Part shown: positions 1 to 9,519 of the stretch, piece after piece
How positions within the stretch are numbered: the stretch's first letter is position 1
Layout: each line of letters starts with the position of its first letter
Assembly (NCBI GenBank): GCA_016787985.1
Contig: JAEUTC010000219.1
Span: 1,284 to 65,283, forward strand
Direction of reading: 5' to 3'
Length of the DNA: 64,000 nt
Source: Flavobacteriales bacterium
GTDB lineage: Bacteria > Bacteroidota > Bacteroidia > Flavobacteriales_F > PHOS-HE28
Notes under the pieces: model-generated
Databases searched by the model: none
Seen by the model: only the letters and a program-made list of their open reading frames with translations
What the model was told of the DNA's origin: nothing
Made by a program: the position numbers and the translations under genes

Positions 1-519
1 AGTTATCGTACCCGGACCTCCATCATCGGACCCAACGGAGTGCAAGACCTCAACGTGCAGATCGTGCGCGACCATGGGCGCAAAATGCCCATGCGCGAGG
101 TCGGCTTGAGCTACGTGGAATCATGGCCACAGCAGCACCTCCATGCCATCCGCAGTGCCTATGGTAATGCACCTTGGTTCATCCATTACATCGATGACAT
201 CGAAGCGGTGCTCATGAAGCGTTACGACCGCCTCGTGGATCTTGACTTGGCTACCTTACGACTGGGACTGAAGTGGCTCGGGTTGAAGACCGAACTCGTG
301 ATCAGCGAGAAATTCGTGGAAATAGCTCAGGTACCGGAAGTGGTGGACCTACGTCGAGCGTTCCATCCGAAGTCTCCCCTTCCGAACCTGGTTCGAGCCG
401 CGGCTCCTTACTCTCAAGTATTCCAAGAAAGACTAGGATTCCGTCCACGGGTCAGCGTCATCGATCTCGTTTGCAATACCGGTCCTTCGGCTCGCGAGAT
501 CATTCACACGGTCGTTTGA
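1..519 (+). CDS. WbqC family protein (5' end outside window)
   Basis: Frame 1 is open from base 1 (SYRTRTSIIGPNGVQDL...) to the stop at 517-519. The stretch SYVESWPQQHLHAIRSAYGNAPWFIHY resembles the WbqC-like family as I remember it. Confidence 0.65.
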   Translation, partial: SYRTRTSIIGPNGVQDLNVQIVRDHGRKMPMREVGLSYVESWPQQHLHAIRSAYGNAPWFIHYIDDIEAVLMKRYDRLVDLDLATLRLGLKWLGLKTELVISEKFVEIAQVPEVVDLRRAFHPKSPLPNLVRAAAPYSQVFQERLGFRPRVSVIDLVCNTGPSAREIIHTVV

Positions 520-711
520 TCGTGCAATACTTGGACCGCGGGTACTCTATCGCCCCCACGGTATCTCTGTGCGTGGTCGGGCGTTGGCATGTCGCGTTCG
601 GCGGTGCTATTTTCCGGTCCATCGGGCGCAGTCGTGTTTCGGTCGGATCCACACCGTGTTGATCGAACCTTCGCTTCCTTTCGAAGTCCGACCATCAAAC
701 CACCTTCCAAT

Positions 712-1710
712 ATGAACAAGCGTGAATTCATGCGTGCTACAGGTCTGCTCGGTGCTGCGACCTTCCTTCCTGTTCAGCGCATCTTCGGCAGTCCTGTTCC
801 GCCCATGGGCGCCTGCGTGCTCATCCCCACCGAGACCGCTGGTCCATTCCCGTTAGACCTTACGGCGAACGAATTCTACTTCCGACAGGATATTCGCGAA
901 GGTCAAGAGGGTGTGCCTTTGCGGTTGAAGTTGCGAGTCATCGGCGATGACAACTGCGGGGTCATGCAGAACCTTCGAGTGAACATCTGGCATTGCAGCA
1001 ATGCCGGGCTCTACTCCGGTTACAGCCAGAACAACAACCCCGGTCAGGCTGGGCTCACCTACCTGCGCGGTTACCAGTTCACCGATGCTTTCGGAGAAGC
1101 CGAGTTCTTGACCGTTTTTCCGGGGTGGTACAGCGGGCGCATCTGTCATATCCACTTCCAGGTGTACGTGAACTCGAACTATGCCGCCATCTCCCAACTG
1201 ACCTTCCCGATCGCCGAGAAGAACGCCATTTACGCAGCCAATCCTGACCTGTACCCGGACGGTGCCGATCCGCTCTCGTTCGCGCAGGACAACATCTTCA
1301 ACAATGGATATGACTATCAGTTGGCCACCTTGGAGCCCAATGACGAAGGCGGCTATGATGCCTTCTTGGAAGTGACCATCCAAGGTAGTGGTGTGATCTC
1401 CTCCGGATACCTGGAACACCAAGTGGCGCAGCACATGGTACTTGGGCAGAACTTCCCCAATCCTTTCGCTGGCAGCACCACCGTACCCCTCACCCTGCTG
1501 CAGGCTGGTGATGTGCGGATCGAATTGTGGGATGTGCAAGGCAAGATGGTGGCCGCCATGGAACACGCAGGGCTCCCCGCCGGCGATCATGCTCTACCGA
1601 TCGATCTCGCTGCGCTCGGGGTTCCCAGCGCCAATTATGCCTACCAAGTGCAGGTCACGAATGCGGAGGGCCAATGGCGCACCACGCGTTTCATGACCGC
1701 CAGACCTTGA
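712..1710 (+). CDS. Intradiol dioxygenase-like secreted protein with T9SS C-terminal sorting domain
   Basis: ATG at 712 gives MNKREFMRATGLLGAATFLP, a Tat-like signal. The core NIWHCSNAGLYSGY...GWYSGRICHIHFQV is dioxygenase-like. The last ~85 aa (QNFPNPFAGSTTVPLTL...) match the Por/T9SS tail pattern. Confidence 0.7.
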   Translation: MNKREFMRATGLLGAATFLPVQRIFGSPVPPMGACVLIPTETAGPFPLDLTANEFYFRQDIREGQEGVPLRLKLRVIGDDNCGVMQNLRVNIWHCSNAGLYSGYSQNNNPGQAGLTYLRGYQFTDAFGEAEFLTVFPGWYSGRICHIHFQVYVNSNYAAISQLTFPIAEKNAIYAANPDLYPDGADPLSFAQDNIFNNGYDYQLATLEPNDEGGYDAFLEVTIQGSGVISSGYLEHQVAQHMVLGQNFPNPFAGSTTVPLTLLQAGDVRIELWDVQGKMVAAMEHAGLPAGDHALPIDLAALGVPSANYAYQVQVTNAEGQWRTTRFMTARP

Positions 1711-1752
1711 GCCCCAGGTACTACTTAACGGACCGTATCGGAACTTCGTGCC

Positions 1753-2316
1753 ATGGACATGGTACGTTCCACCATTGCGCGTTATGTGGACCTATCCGAT
1801 GCGGAATGGCAGCAGGTAGCCCCGCTGTGGCATGAACGCTCCTTCACCAAAGGAGCGTTCATCTGCTCGGCTGGTGAGGTCGAACAGTGGTTCTACATCG
1901 TCAAGAGCGGTGTCCAGCGCCTCTCCTTCTTCCATGAGGGCAACGATGTCTGCGTAGGTTTCGCTTACAACGGAAGTTGGTGCGGCGAATACGCCTCCTT
2001 CGTGTCGCGGAAACCTGCACGTTTCGATGTGAAGGCCATCACCGATACTGTGCTCGTCGGTATCCGCTATGAGGACCTGCAACGACTCTACTCCGAAATG
2101 AAGACCATGGAGCGCTTCGGTCGCCTGATCTTGGAGGAGTTGCTCATCGGCCGCGCTGTGCGCGAGGTCGAGCAACTTAGTTTGAGCGCCGAGGAACGGT
2201 ATGGTCGGTTGGTGCAACGCAGCCCACAGTTGCTGCAACTCGTGTCGCAGAAGGATATCGCCAGCTACCTCCGCATGACACCGGAGACCTTCAGCCGGCT
2301 GCGCAGACGACGCTGA
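1753..2316 (+). CDS. Crp/Fnr family transcriptional regulator
   Basis: 187 aa with ATG start. It has a cNMP-binding-like N-terminal part (FICSAGEVEQWFYIVKSGVQRL) and a C-terminal HTH (QKDIASYLRMTPETFSRLRRR). Confidence 0.8.
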   Translation: MDMVRSTIARYVDLSDAEWQQVAPLWHERSFTKGAFICSAGEVEQWFYIVKSGVQRLSFFHEGNDVCVGFAYNGSWCGEYASFVSRKPARFDVKAITDTVLVGIRYEDLQRLYSEMKTMERFGRLILEELLIGRAVREVEQLSLSAEERYGRLVQRSPQLLQLVSQKDIASYLRMTPETFSRLRRRR

Positions 2317-2371
2317 ACGTTCTTGATCCAGGTCAAGTGCGGAACACCCCTTCGCCCGGTTCCTTTGCGTC

Positions 2372-2932
2372 ATGAAAGTGGACCGGATGATCGAGGAACT
2401 GACGGCGGTTCTTCAAGCCCAACAAGCACGTGCACGCGAGATCGCTGCCCTGCCAGGCGCATCGCTTCTGAAGCGCCCGACGCCCGATGCGTGGAACGTA
2501 CTGGAGGTGTTCGAGCACCTCAACTTGAGCAGCGGTGTTTACGTGCGTGGTCTGGAGGAGGTGTTCGCCCGCAAGGCGGCCAGCCATCGCCCCAACAACG
2601 ACTTCACCCCAGGCGTGCTCGGCGACTGGTTCACAACCGGACTGGAGCCGAAGCCGGGCGGGGTCATCAAATGGCGCATGCGCACCATGAAGATGTTCGA
2701 CCCGGCCAGGAACGCTGGCGCATCATTGGAGAGCATCACCCGGTTCATCGACCTCTGTTCGCGCCTCCTGGTCCTGCTGGAGAAGGCCCGTACCACCGAC
2801 CTGAACAAGCTGCGGGTCACCAGCAGTCTGGGGCCTATCATCCGGTTCAAGGCGGGTGATGCCTTCCGCTTCCCGGTCGCCCACCAACGCCGGCACTTCC
2901 TGCAGATCGAGCGGCTCCTGGCTATGGACTGA
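2372..2932 (+). CDS. DinB family protein
   Basis: 186 aa. It has DinB-like His motifs (WNVLEVFEHLNLS ... FRFPVAHQRRHFLQIERL). Confidence 0.7.
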   Translation: MKVDRMIEELTAVLQAQQARAREIAALPGASLLKRPTPDAWNVLEVFEHLNLSSGVYVRGLEEVFARKAASHRPNNDFTPGVLGDWFTTGLEPKPGGVIKWRMRTMKMFDPARNAGASLESITRFIDLCSRLLVLLEKARTTDLNKLRVTSSLGPIIRFKAGDAFRFPVAHQRRHFLQIERLLAMD

Positions 2933-2942
2933 GCCCATCGAA

Positions 2943-2977
2943 CGCAAAAGGCCGTGCGCTCGGCACGGCCTTTTGCG
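2943..2977. terminator. Bidirectional hairpin terminator between convergent genes
   Basis: cgcaaaaggccgtgc / gcacggccttttgcg form a perfect 15-bp stem with a 5-nt loop. A/T runs lie on both sides. It sits between the stops at 2932 and 2994. Confidence 0.8.
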
Positions 2978-2993
2978 GTGAAGGGCTTACGCC

Positions 2994-3884
2994 CTATTTG
3001 TTCTCCATTTCACTGGCTTGTTTCAAACCTTGCTCGATCATGCCGTAGAACTGATCCATCTTCGGCAGGATGACGATGCGCGTGCGGCGGTTGGTGCTGC
3101 GGTTCTCCGGCGTGTCGTTGGCCACCAGCGGGACGTATTCGCTCCGGCCACCTGCCGTGATCCGCCCCGGACTCACCGCATAGTCGTTCTGCAAGACCCG
3201 TGTGATGGCCACGGCGCGTTGCACGCTAAGGTCCCAGTTGTCCTTGATGCAATCGCGGCTGATGGGCACGTTGTCCGTGTGGCCTTCCACCAGCACCTCC
3301 ATGTCCGGCTTGGAATTCACCACGGTGGCCACTTTCGAAAGCACCTCCTTGGCGCGGGGTGAAATGGTGGTGCTGCCACTGTTGAACACCATCTTGTCGC
3401 TGAGGGAGATGAATACCACGCTCTTCTCCACGTTCACCACCACATCCGTATCGTTCAGGTTGCCCAATGCGCTTTTCAAGTTGACGACCAGGGCCAGCGT
3501 CACGGAGTCCTTCTTGGTCAGCGCATCGTGCAGGCTGCGGATGCGCAAGTCCTGTTCCTTGATCTGCTCCAAGGACTTCTCCAGGTTCTCCGCTTCCTTC
3601 GCCGACAAGGTGGCCATCTGGCTCACGTTGTTCAGCAACGCCGCATTGGTGTTGTTCAACTGGTTCACCTGGTCCTTCAGGTGCTGGTTCTTGTTCTCCA
3701 GTTCGGCCAAACGGGCATCCAGGATGGACTTCTGGCTGTTGCAATCGCCCAGGGCGCGATTGGCTTCATCCAACTTGGTCTTTAGCGTTTCGTTGGAAGC
3801 CTGCAAGGCGACATGCTTCTTCTTCGATACGCACGAGCCCAGCAGTACGATCACGCCGAGCGAAAGCAATAGGGTCCTTTTCAT
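2994..3884 (-). CDS. OmpA-family lipoprotein with coiled-coil N-terminal half
   Basis: Lipoprotein signal MKRTLLLSLGVIVLLGSC. A heptad-rich region follows. The C-terminal OmpA_C motif is VEGHTDNVPI...NWDLSVQRA...NRRTRIVILP. Confidence 0.85.
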   Translation of the reverse strand: MKRTLLLSLGVIVLLGSCVSKKKHVALQASNETLKTKLDEANRALGDCNSQKSILDARLAELENKNQHLKDQVNQLNNTNAALLNNVSQMATLSAKEAENLEKSLEQIKEQDLRIRSLHDALTKKDSVTLALVVNLKSALGNLNDTDVVVNVEKSVVFISLSDKMVFNSGSTTISPRAKEVLSKVATVVNSKPDMEVLVEGHTDNVPISRDCIKDNWDLSVQRAVAITRVLQNDYAVSPGRITAGGRSEYVPLVANDTPENRSTNRRTRIVILPKMDQFYGMIEQGLKQASEMENK

Positions 3885-3914
3885 GGTCTGTTCTTCGGTG
3901 GGCCGAAGGTAATC

Positions 3915-5168
3915 CTACTTCGCGGCTTCTCCGGCCAGGCCGGCGCGCCGCTTCTTCCAACGCTCGCGAATGTGGAAAGCCGCAGCGAGCGCGATCATCG
4001 TTAACACCGGCTCGGCCAACAACCGGTGCCGCGTCTCGAAGTAGAAGCTGCATTGCACGAGCGAAAGCGCCACTACGGCGAGCAGCGGACCTACGAGCCC
4101 TCGCTCACGGAGCACGACACCCGACAAGATGAAGAGCAGGGTGACGCAGGCGCCTACTTTGTAAAGTGAAAGTGCCGCAGTGGACGCGGTCGATCCATGG
4201 TCAACTCCGAGGTGCGACCGGAAAAGCCAGAAGTTCTTCATCTTGATCAGGAACATGCGCCACTGGAGACCTGGGCTCGCGTCCAGTTCGGCATGCCACT
4301 TCGAGCGGAAGAAGGCCGATCGTTCCCCAGGGGGCATCTCGAACAACCCGAACCGTTCAGGTTCCGACAACAAATGCGCGTAGCTGCGTCCATCGGCCAT
4401 GTGCCCCGAGCCTTCCGTCTCTTCCTGCAGGCCCATCCAGATCATCTGGTCGGTGACGGAGGTCAATTGGTATCGACCACTCACCCGTTCATTCCGGACC
4501 AGCCAGAGCGACAATGGGCCGAACAATAGGACCACGAGACCGAGCTTGAAGGGAAGCGATGCGCCATTCACGATGAAGCGGAAGTGGTTGAGCAGGAAGG
4601 GCAGCATGAAGACCCCAAGGGTGGGTCGGTTCAGCAAGGCAAGACCGCCGACCGCGAAATGGGCCAGCACCGATCCCCTTCGCTCCGGCGTTGCACGAAC
4701 GGCCAAAAGGAGCAGTGCAGTGGCCAATAGGGTATCCCATGCGAAGGGGTGGATCATACGCACCTGGTAGAAGGCCAGGAACGGGCTGAATGCCGCCACC
4801 ACAGCGCTGCCGAGGGCGACGGGTTTCGCGTACGCACGGCCTTTCAAGAGGTACAGGGCCAAGAGATGGATGATCCATGCCGTAGCCGTGCCACAGGCGA
4901 TCTGGAACACCTGTACTGCCCAGGGTTCCAGCCCGATTGCATAGAACCCCGCCAATATGGCCGTGTAGACCGGGAACTGGAAGATGGGGTCCCAGTGCCC
5001 GAGATAGTGGTATCGGAATTGGCCTGATGCGAGCCACTCCACCGCCATGGTGTGCGCCTCGAAGGCGCTGTCCACCCGCATCAGCCAGAGCTTCACGGCC
5101 GCTGAAATGATCAGCATCAGCGCCAACCAAGGAAAGACCCGGGGCGGCTTGATCGCAGAGGAGGGCAT
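3915..5168 (-). CDS. Polytopic membrane protein, ArnT/GT39-like glycosyltransferase fold (tentative)
   Basis: About 12 hydrophobic segments. The first ATG is at 5168 (MPSSAIKPPRVFPWLALMLI); the track ORF starts at a TTG three codons upstream. The family assignment is weak. Confidence 0.55.
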   Translation of the reverse strand: MPSSAIKPPRVFPWLALMLIISAAVKLWLMRVDSAFEAHTMAVEWLASGQFRYHYLGHWDPIFQFPVYTAILAGFYAIGLEPWAVQVFQIACGTATAWIIHLLALYLLKGRAYAKPVALGSAVVAAFSPFLAFYQVRMIHPFAWDTLLATALLLLAVRATPERRGSVLAHFAVGGLALLNRPTLGVFMLPFLLNHFRFIVNGASLPFKLGLVVLLFGPLSLWLVRNERVSGRYQLTSVTDQMIWMGLQEETEGSGHMADGRSYAHLLSEPERFGLFEMPPGERSAFFRSKWHAELDASPGLQWRMFLIKMKNFWLFRSHLGVDHGSTASTAALSLYKVGACVTLLFILSGVVLRERGLVGPLLAVVALSLVQCSFYFETRHRLLAEPVLTMIALAAAFHIRERWKKRRAGLAGEAAK

Positions 5169-5316
5169 ACCGCTCAAAAGTAGGTTCCGGGCCGGTGATC
5201 GAGGGCTATGCGCCCTTCACCCCGGATCCGTCGTCCGGGCTCATCCACAGCGCCTTGTTCACCATGCTCCATGGGGCTCATGACGGAAGCGTGCGCTGCT
5301 GCGGTTCTTTGCACAC

Positions 5317-6738
5317 ATGGCCCTCAGTCGATTCTGGACCTTCATCCTCCTGCTCAGCATCATCTATGTGCTCGTGATGCTCGGCACCGGGCGTCAATAC
5401 AGCCTCGGCAGCTTGATCAATGGTAAACAGGGTGAGGCGCTCGTGGTGGCTGAGTTCGACACCGCCTCGTATGCTGATAGCGAAGTGCTGCGGACCTTGC
5501 AGGTCGCCGGTTCCGTGCAGCATGGCGATACGCTGTACAGCCTGAGCAAGAGCGGTGCCTTGGTGAAGAGTGTGGGCACCCAACCCGCCGATGGCCTTTT
5601 CGCCACCTGTCGCAACACCATCACCGATCTCTGGCTACCACTGATCGGCTACCTCACCTTCTTCTGTGGCCTGCTCAACCTCCTGATCGATTCCCGCGCC
5701 ATGGAGAAGGTGGCGCGCTTTCTCTCTCCCGTTTTCCACCGGGTGTTCCCCGAATTGCGGAAGGACCACCCCGCCTACGGCTTCATGACGCTCAACTTCG
5801 CCGCGAACTTCCTGGGCCTGGATAGTGCCGCTACACCGTTCGGGCTGAAGGCCATGGAGAGCATGCAGGAGGACAATCCCCAGAAGGATCGCGCCACGAA
5901 CAGCCAGATCATGTTCCTCTGCCTGCATGCCGCAGGCCTCACACTGCTGCCCACCAGCATCATCGGCTACCGCGCTGCCCAGGGTGCTGCCAATCCGGCC
6001 GACATCATGATCCCGTGCATCATCACGAGTTTCGTGGGCACCTTGGTGGCCTTGTTCCTGGTGGCCGCCAAGCAGCGCATCAACCTCTTCAACCTGCCGG
6101 TCATGCTCGCCGTGCTCGGGGTCAGCGTGCTTATCGGCGGCCTCATGGCGTACATCAGCGGACTAGCAGGTGTGGCCAAGTTCCACTTCACGGACAACCT
6201 CAGCAACGGCATGCTGCTGGTCATCATCGGTCTCATCGTGGGGTATGCCTTCCTGGTGGAACGCTATTTCACCGAGAAGGGCACGAACATGTTCGACAGC
6301 TTCGTGCATGGCGCCAAGGATGGGTTCACCACGGGATTGCGCGTGTTGCCCTATATGCTGGCCATGCTCGCGGCGCTCAGCATCTTCCGCAACAGTGGGC
6401 TCATGGGCATCGTGATGGATGGGCTCTCTTGGGCGCTGGCTCAGATAGGCGTGGAAAAGGCCGTGATCGATGCCATTCCCGTGGCGTTGATGCGCCCTTT
6501 CAGCGCGGGCGGCTCGCGTGGGTTCATGCTCGATGCCATGAAGACCTACGGCCCCGATAGCCTCACAGGCCAGCTCTCCTGCCTCTTCCAAGGTGCGGCC
6601 GAGACCACCTTCTATGTGGTGGCGCTCTACTTCGGCTCGGTCAACGTGAAGGACAGCCGCTACACGCTCGGTATCATGCTCCTCGCCGACCTGGCCTGTG
6701 TGATCACTGCGGTGTTCGTTTGCAAGCTCTATTTCTGA
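5317..6738 (+). CDS. Nucleoside recognition (Gate) domain membrane protein, SpmA/SpmB-like fusion
   Basis: 473 aa, multi-TM. Two Gate-like halves (NFAANFLGLDSAATPFGLKAME and GGSRGFMLDAM) match the fused spore-maturation-protein A/B type. Confidence 0.7.
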   Translation: MALSRFWTFILLLSIIYVLVMLGTGRQYSLGSLINGKQGEALVVAEFDTASYADSEVLRTLQVAGSVQHGDTLYSLSKSGALVKSVGTQPADGLFATCRNTITDLWLPLIGYLTFFCGLLNLLIDSRAMEKVARFLSPVFHRVFPELRKDHPAYGFMTLNFAANFLGLDSAATPFGLKAMESMQEDNPQKDRATNSQIMFLCLHAAGLTLLPTSIIGYRAAQGAANPADIMIPCIITSFVGTLVALFLVAAKQRINLFNLPVMLAVLGVSVLIGGLMAYISGLAGVAKFHFTDNLSNGMLLVIIGLIVGYAFLVERYFTEKGTNMFDSFVHGAKDGFTTGLRVLPYMLAMLAALSIFRNSGLMGIVMDGLSWALAQIGVEKAVIDAIPVALMRPFSAGGSRGFMLDAMKTYGPDSLTGQLSCLFQGAAETTFYVVALYFGSVNVKDSRYTLGIMLLADLACVITAVFVCKLYF

Positions 6739-6786
6739 TCGTGTCGGATACAGCGTTGGAAGAACGATCTTCGCGCTCCTTAAGCC

Positions 6787-7314
6787 ATGCCGAAACTCCC
6801 TACCACGCTCAAGATCAAAAAGCTCCGTTCGCCCATCCACGGCAACGGCGTCATCGCCATCGCGCCCATCCGAAAGGGTGAGGCCATCGTTGAATACAAA
6901 GGACGCCTGATGACCCATGCGGCGGCTGATGAACTCTACCACGGCGATGTGACCTCCGGCCACACCTTCCTCTTTACCCTCAACGACGAGTGGATCATCG
7001 ATGCCAATGTGCGCGGTACCGTGGCCCGCTGGATCAACACCAGTTGCCAACCGAACGCCATCGCCTTCATCCATAGCGAGAAGAAGAAGAACCCTGACCC
7101 GAAGAAGGACCGGGTGATCATCGAAGCGCTGCGCGCCATCAAACCCGGCGAGGAGATCACCTACGATTATGGCTTCGAGTTCGACGTACCCTACACCGCC
7201 AAGCTGCTCAAGACCTGGGCCTGCCGCTGCGGCTCCAAGAAATGCCGAGGCACCATGTTGGGCGGTAAGAAATACAAGGCTTTCGTGAAGGCCAACCCCG
7301 ACTGGAACAAGTGA
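6787..7314 (+). CDS. SET domain protein-lysine methyltransferase-like protein
   Basis: GNGVIAIAPIRKGEAIVEYKG ... NTSCQPNA ... EEITYDYGFEF, then a post-SET Cys cluster CRCGSKKCRG. Confidence 0.8.
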   Translation: MPKLPTTLKIKKLRSPIHGNGVIAIAPIRKGEAIVEYKGRLMTHAAADELYHGDVTSGHTFLFTLNDEWIIDANVRGTVARWINTSCQPNAIAFIHSEKKKNPDPKKDRVIIEALRAIKPGEEITYDYGFEFDVPYTAKLLKTWACRCGSKKCRGTMLGGKKYKAFVKANPDWNK

Positions 7315-7347
7315 CCATCACCGGCTCCCGGATCATTGGCACGTCGT

Positions 7348-7375
7348 TTGACAAGAAGGCACCGAATTAGCTTTG
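7348..7375 (+). promoter_or_regulatory. Candidate Bacteroidota sigma-A promoter (-33 TTG / -7 TAGCTTTG)
   Basis: TTG lies at 7348-7350, followed by a 17-nt spacer and TAGCTTTG at 7368-7375. The box ends 5 nt before the ATG at 7381. Confidence 0.4.
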
Positions 7376-7380
7376 ACCCC

Positions 7381-8031
7381 ATGAAAAGGACCCTCTTGCT
7401 CACCGTTTGCTCCGTGGTATTGGCGTTGGGCGTTCATGCTCAGGACGATGCCCGCAGCAAGGCGGTGTTGGATAAGCTCATCACCAAGGCCAAGGCGTGG
7501 ACCAGCTTCGAGGCCGACTTCTCCAGCCGATTGCAGAACACCAAGGATAAACTGGATGTGAAGCAGGAAGGCAACATGAAGGTGAAGGGCAAGAAGTTCA
7601 GGCTCGTGCTGGACAAGAACACCATCATCAATGATGGGACCACCCTGTATACCTATAACAAGGACGCCAACGAGGTGAATTTGAGCGATCCCGCTGAGAT
7701 GGACCAGGAATTGGATCCCAGCACCCTCTTCACCCAATACGAAAAGGGCTTTAAGAGCACTTTCGTGGATGAGAAGGCGGACGCCGCTGGTGTGATGGTG
7801 CAGACCATCAAGCTCTTCCCCTTGGAGCCCACGAAAAAGGCCTTCCATACCGTGATCATCGCTGTGGACAAGGCGAAGGTCGAGCCGAAGAGCATCCAGG
7901 TGTTGTACAAGGATGGCAACCAGGTCACCTATACCTTGAAGAAGTTCACCGCGAACCCCGAATTGGCGGATGCGCTCTTTACGTTCGACAAGGCGAAGTT
8001 CCCGGGTGTGGAGGTGAACGATATGCGGTAA
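7381..8031 (+). CDS. LolA-like outer-membrane lipoprotein carrier protein
   Basis: Signal peptide MKRTLLLTVCSVVLALGVHA. The body FEADFSSRLQNTKDKLDVKQEGNMKVKGKKFRL is typical of LolA-like proteins. Confidence 0.75.
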   Translation: MKRTLLLTVCSVVLALGVHAQDDARSKAVLDKLITKAKAWTSFEADFSSRLQNTKDKLDVKQEGNMKVKGKKFRLVLDKNTIINDGTTLYTYNKDANEVNLSDPAEMDQELDPSTLFTQYEKGFKSTFVDEKADAAGVMVQTIKLFPLEPTKKAFHTVIIAVDKAKVEPKSIQVLYKDGNQVTYTLKKFTANPELADALFTFDKAKFPGVEVNDMR

Positions 8032-8050
8032 CGTCCAACTGTGAACGCTT

Positions 8051-8076
8051 GAAAGGCCACCGCGAGGTGGCCTTTC
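8051..8076 (+). terminator. Rho-independent-type hairpin
   Basis: gaaaggccacc-gcga-ggtggcctttc forms a perfect 11-bp stem. It lies 20 nt after the stop at 8031. Confidence 0.7.
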
Positions 8077-8094
8077 GCATTTACCTTGTTGCCA

Positions 8095-8673
8095 ATGCTG
8101 CACCTCGCACTGGCCCTTGCCGTCTTCTATGTGCTCCACAGCCTGCTCGCCTGGACGGGTGTGAAACGATGGGTCCATTCCGTCCTGGGCCTGGATCGGT
8201 GGTACCGCCTAGTGTATACGGCGCTCTCCCTCCTGCTCTTCGCCTGGGTCTACTTCGCCTACACGCGTGCAGGTCACTGCGAACCATTCTGGGCGATCGG
8301 ACCTCCGGTCATCATCTTCGGGTGGTCACTTGTCGTGCTCGGCGCCTGTCTGGCTGCCGCGGCTGTGCTTCGTTTCGGAGGCATGGCCTTTCTCGGCTTA
8401 GCTCCCGAAGAACGCGGTACGCTCGTTCGCAGCGGACTCCATGGTCGTGTGCGTCATCCGATCTATTCCGGATCACTGCTCTCGTTGGTGGGTTGGTTGT
8501 GTCTTTCGCCCAACTGGCCTACCGTGCTGTCGATCCTGATCACGGTGCTGTACCTCCCGATCGGTATCCATCTGGAAGAACTGAAGTTGATCGCGGACCA
8601 TGGGGACGCCTACCGTCGTTACCGAGACGAAGTTCCAGCCCTTGTGCCGCGGTGGCACACCAAGGAGCCGTGA
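8095..8673 (+). CDS. Membrane methyltransferase, ICMT/NnrU-like family
   Basis: ATG at 8095 (the track start 8086 is TTG). Multi-TM protein with HGRVRHPIYSGSLLSLVGW and EELKLIADHGDAYRRYRDEVPALVP. Confidence 0.7.
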   Translation: MLHLALALAVFYVLHSLLAWTGVKRWVHSVLGLDRWYRLVYTALSLLLFAWVYFAYTRAGHCEPFWAIGPPVIIFGWSLVVLGACLAAAAVLRFGGMAFLGLAPEERGTLVRSGLHGRVRHPIYSGSLLSLVGWLCLSPNWPTVLSILITVLYLPIGIHLEELKLIADHGDAYRRYRDEVPALVPRWHTKEP

Positions 8674-8712
8674 TCACACGTTACGGTCATCCAACCATCG
8701 CATTCGCTGGTC

Positions 8713-9474
8713 ATGCGGCTCCATTTCCTTTACCTTCTGATCGTGGCCCACGTCGTTCCCGTAATGGCCAGCCAACGGGTGGTGCATGTGATCGTGGCCA
8801 TTTGCGACAACGAACACCAAGGCATCGTGAAGGTGCCCGCGGGGATCGGCAACGGCCAGAAGCCATCCACCAACCTGTACTGGGGCTCTGGCTATGGGGT
8901 GAAGACCCACTTCAACCGTTCGGAAGATTGGGTGGCGATCGAGTGCATGAAGCCAACCGTCCCCCACATACTTGATCGCGCCATCTGGAAACACCGCGAC
9001 AGCGCGGTCTACCTCGTGGCCGACGCTTATGACGGCCGCAACATCCGAGAAGCCACGGAAGACCTGCTGCGCTTCGCGAGTGGAGCCGCACCCGAGAAGA
9101 TCGTGCTCGGGGGAACGGAGATCCTTGCTGGCGGCGGCGCTCAGCTCATCGCTTACGTGGGTCACGACGGATTGATGGACTTCGCGCTGGACGAAACGTT
9201 CGAACAAGTGGGCACGAGCACAAGAGAGGCCATCATCCTTGCATGCATTAGCAAGCGCTTTTTTGCCCCGCATCTTCGCCACACCGGTGCTTACCCCGTG
9301 CTCTGGACCTCAGGACTGATGGCACCCGAAGCGTACACGCTGAAAGCCGCGCTCACCGGATGGGTGCGCCGAGAGACCCGAGAGGCCATCCGCGAACGGG
9401 CGGCCCAGGCCTACGACAAGTACCAGAAATGCGGCATCAATGGCGCACGCCGGCTCTTCGCTACCGGATGGTGA
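8713..9474 (+). CDS. Secreted protein of unknown function
   Basis: 253 aa with signal-like MRLHFLYLLIVAHVVPVMAS. Coding-like composition. It sits inside a same-strand gene run. I recognise no family. Confidence 0.6.
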   Translation: MRLHFLYLLIVAHVVPVMASQRVVHVIVAICDNEHQGIVKVPAGIGNGQKPSTNLYWGSGYGVKTHFNRSEDWVAIECMKPTVPHILDRAIWKHRDSAVYLVADAYDGRNIREATEDLLRFASGAAPEKIVLGGTEILAGGGAQLIAYVGHDGLMDFALDETFEQVGTSTREAIILACISKRFFAPHLRHTGAYPVLWTSGLMAPEAYTLKAALTGWVRRETREAIRERAAQAYDKYQKCGINGARRLFATGW

Positions 9475-9519
9475 CCGAACGCACGGAACAAGCAGCGCTG
9501 GTGCGCGACCTTCGTACGC

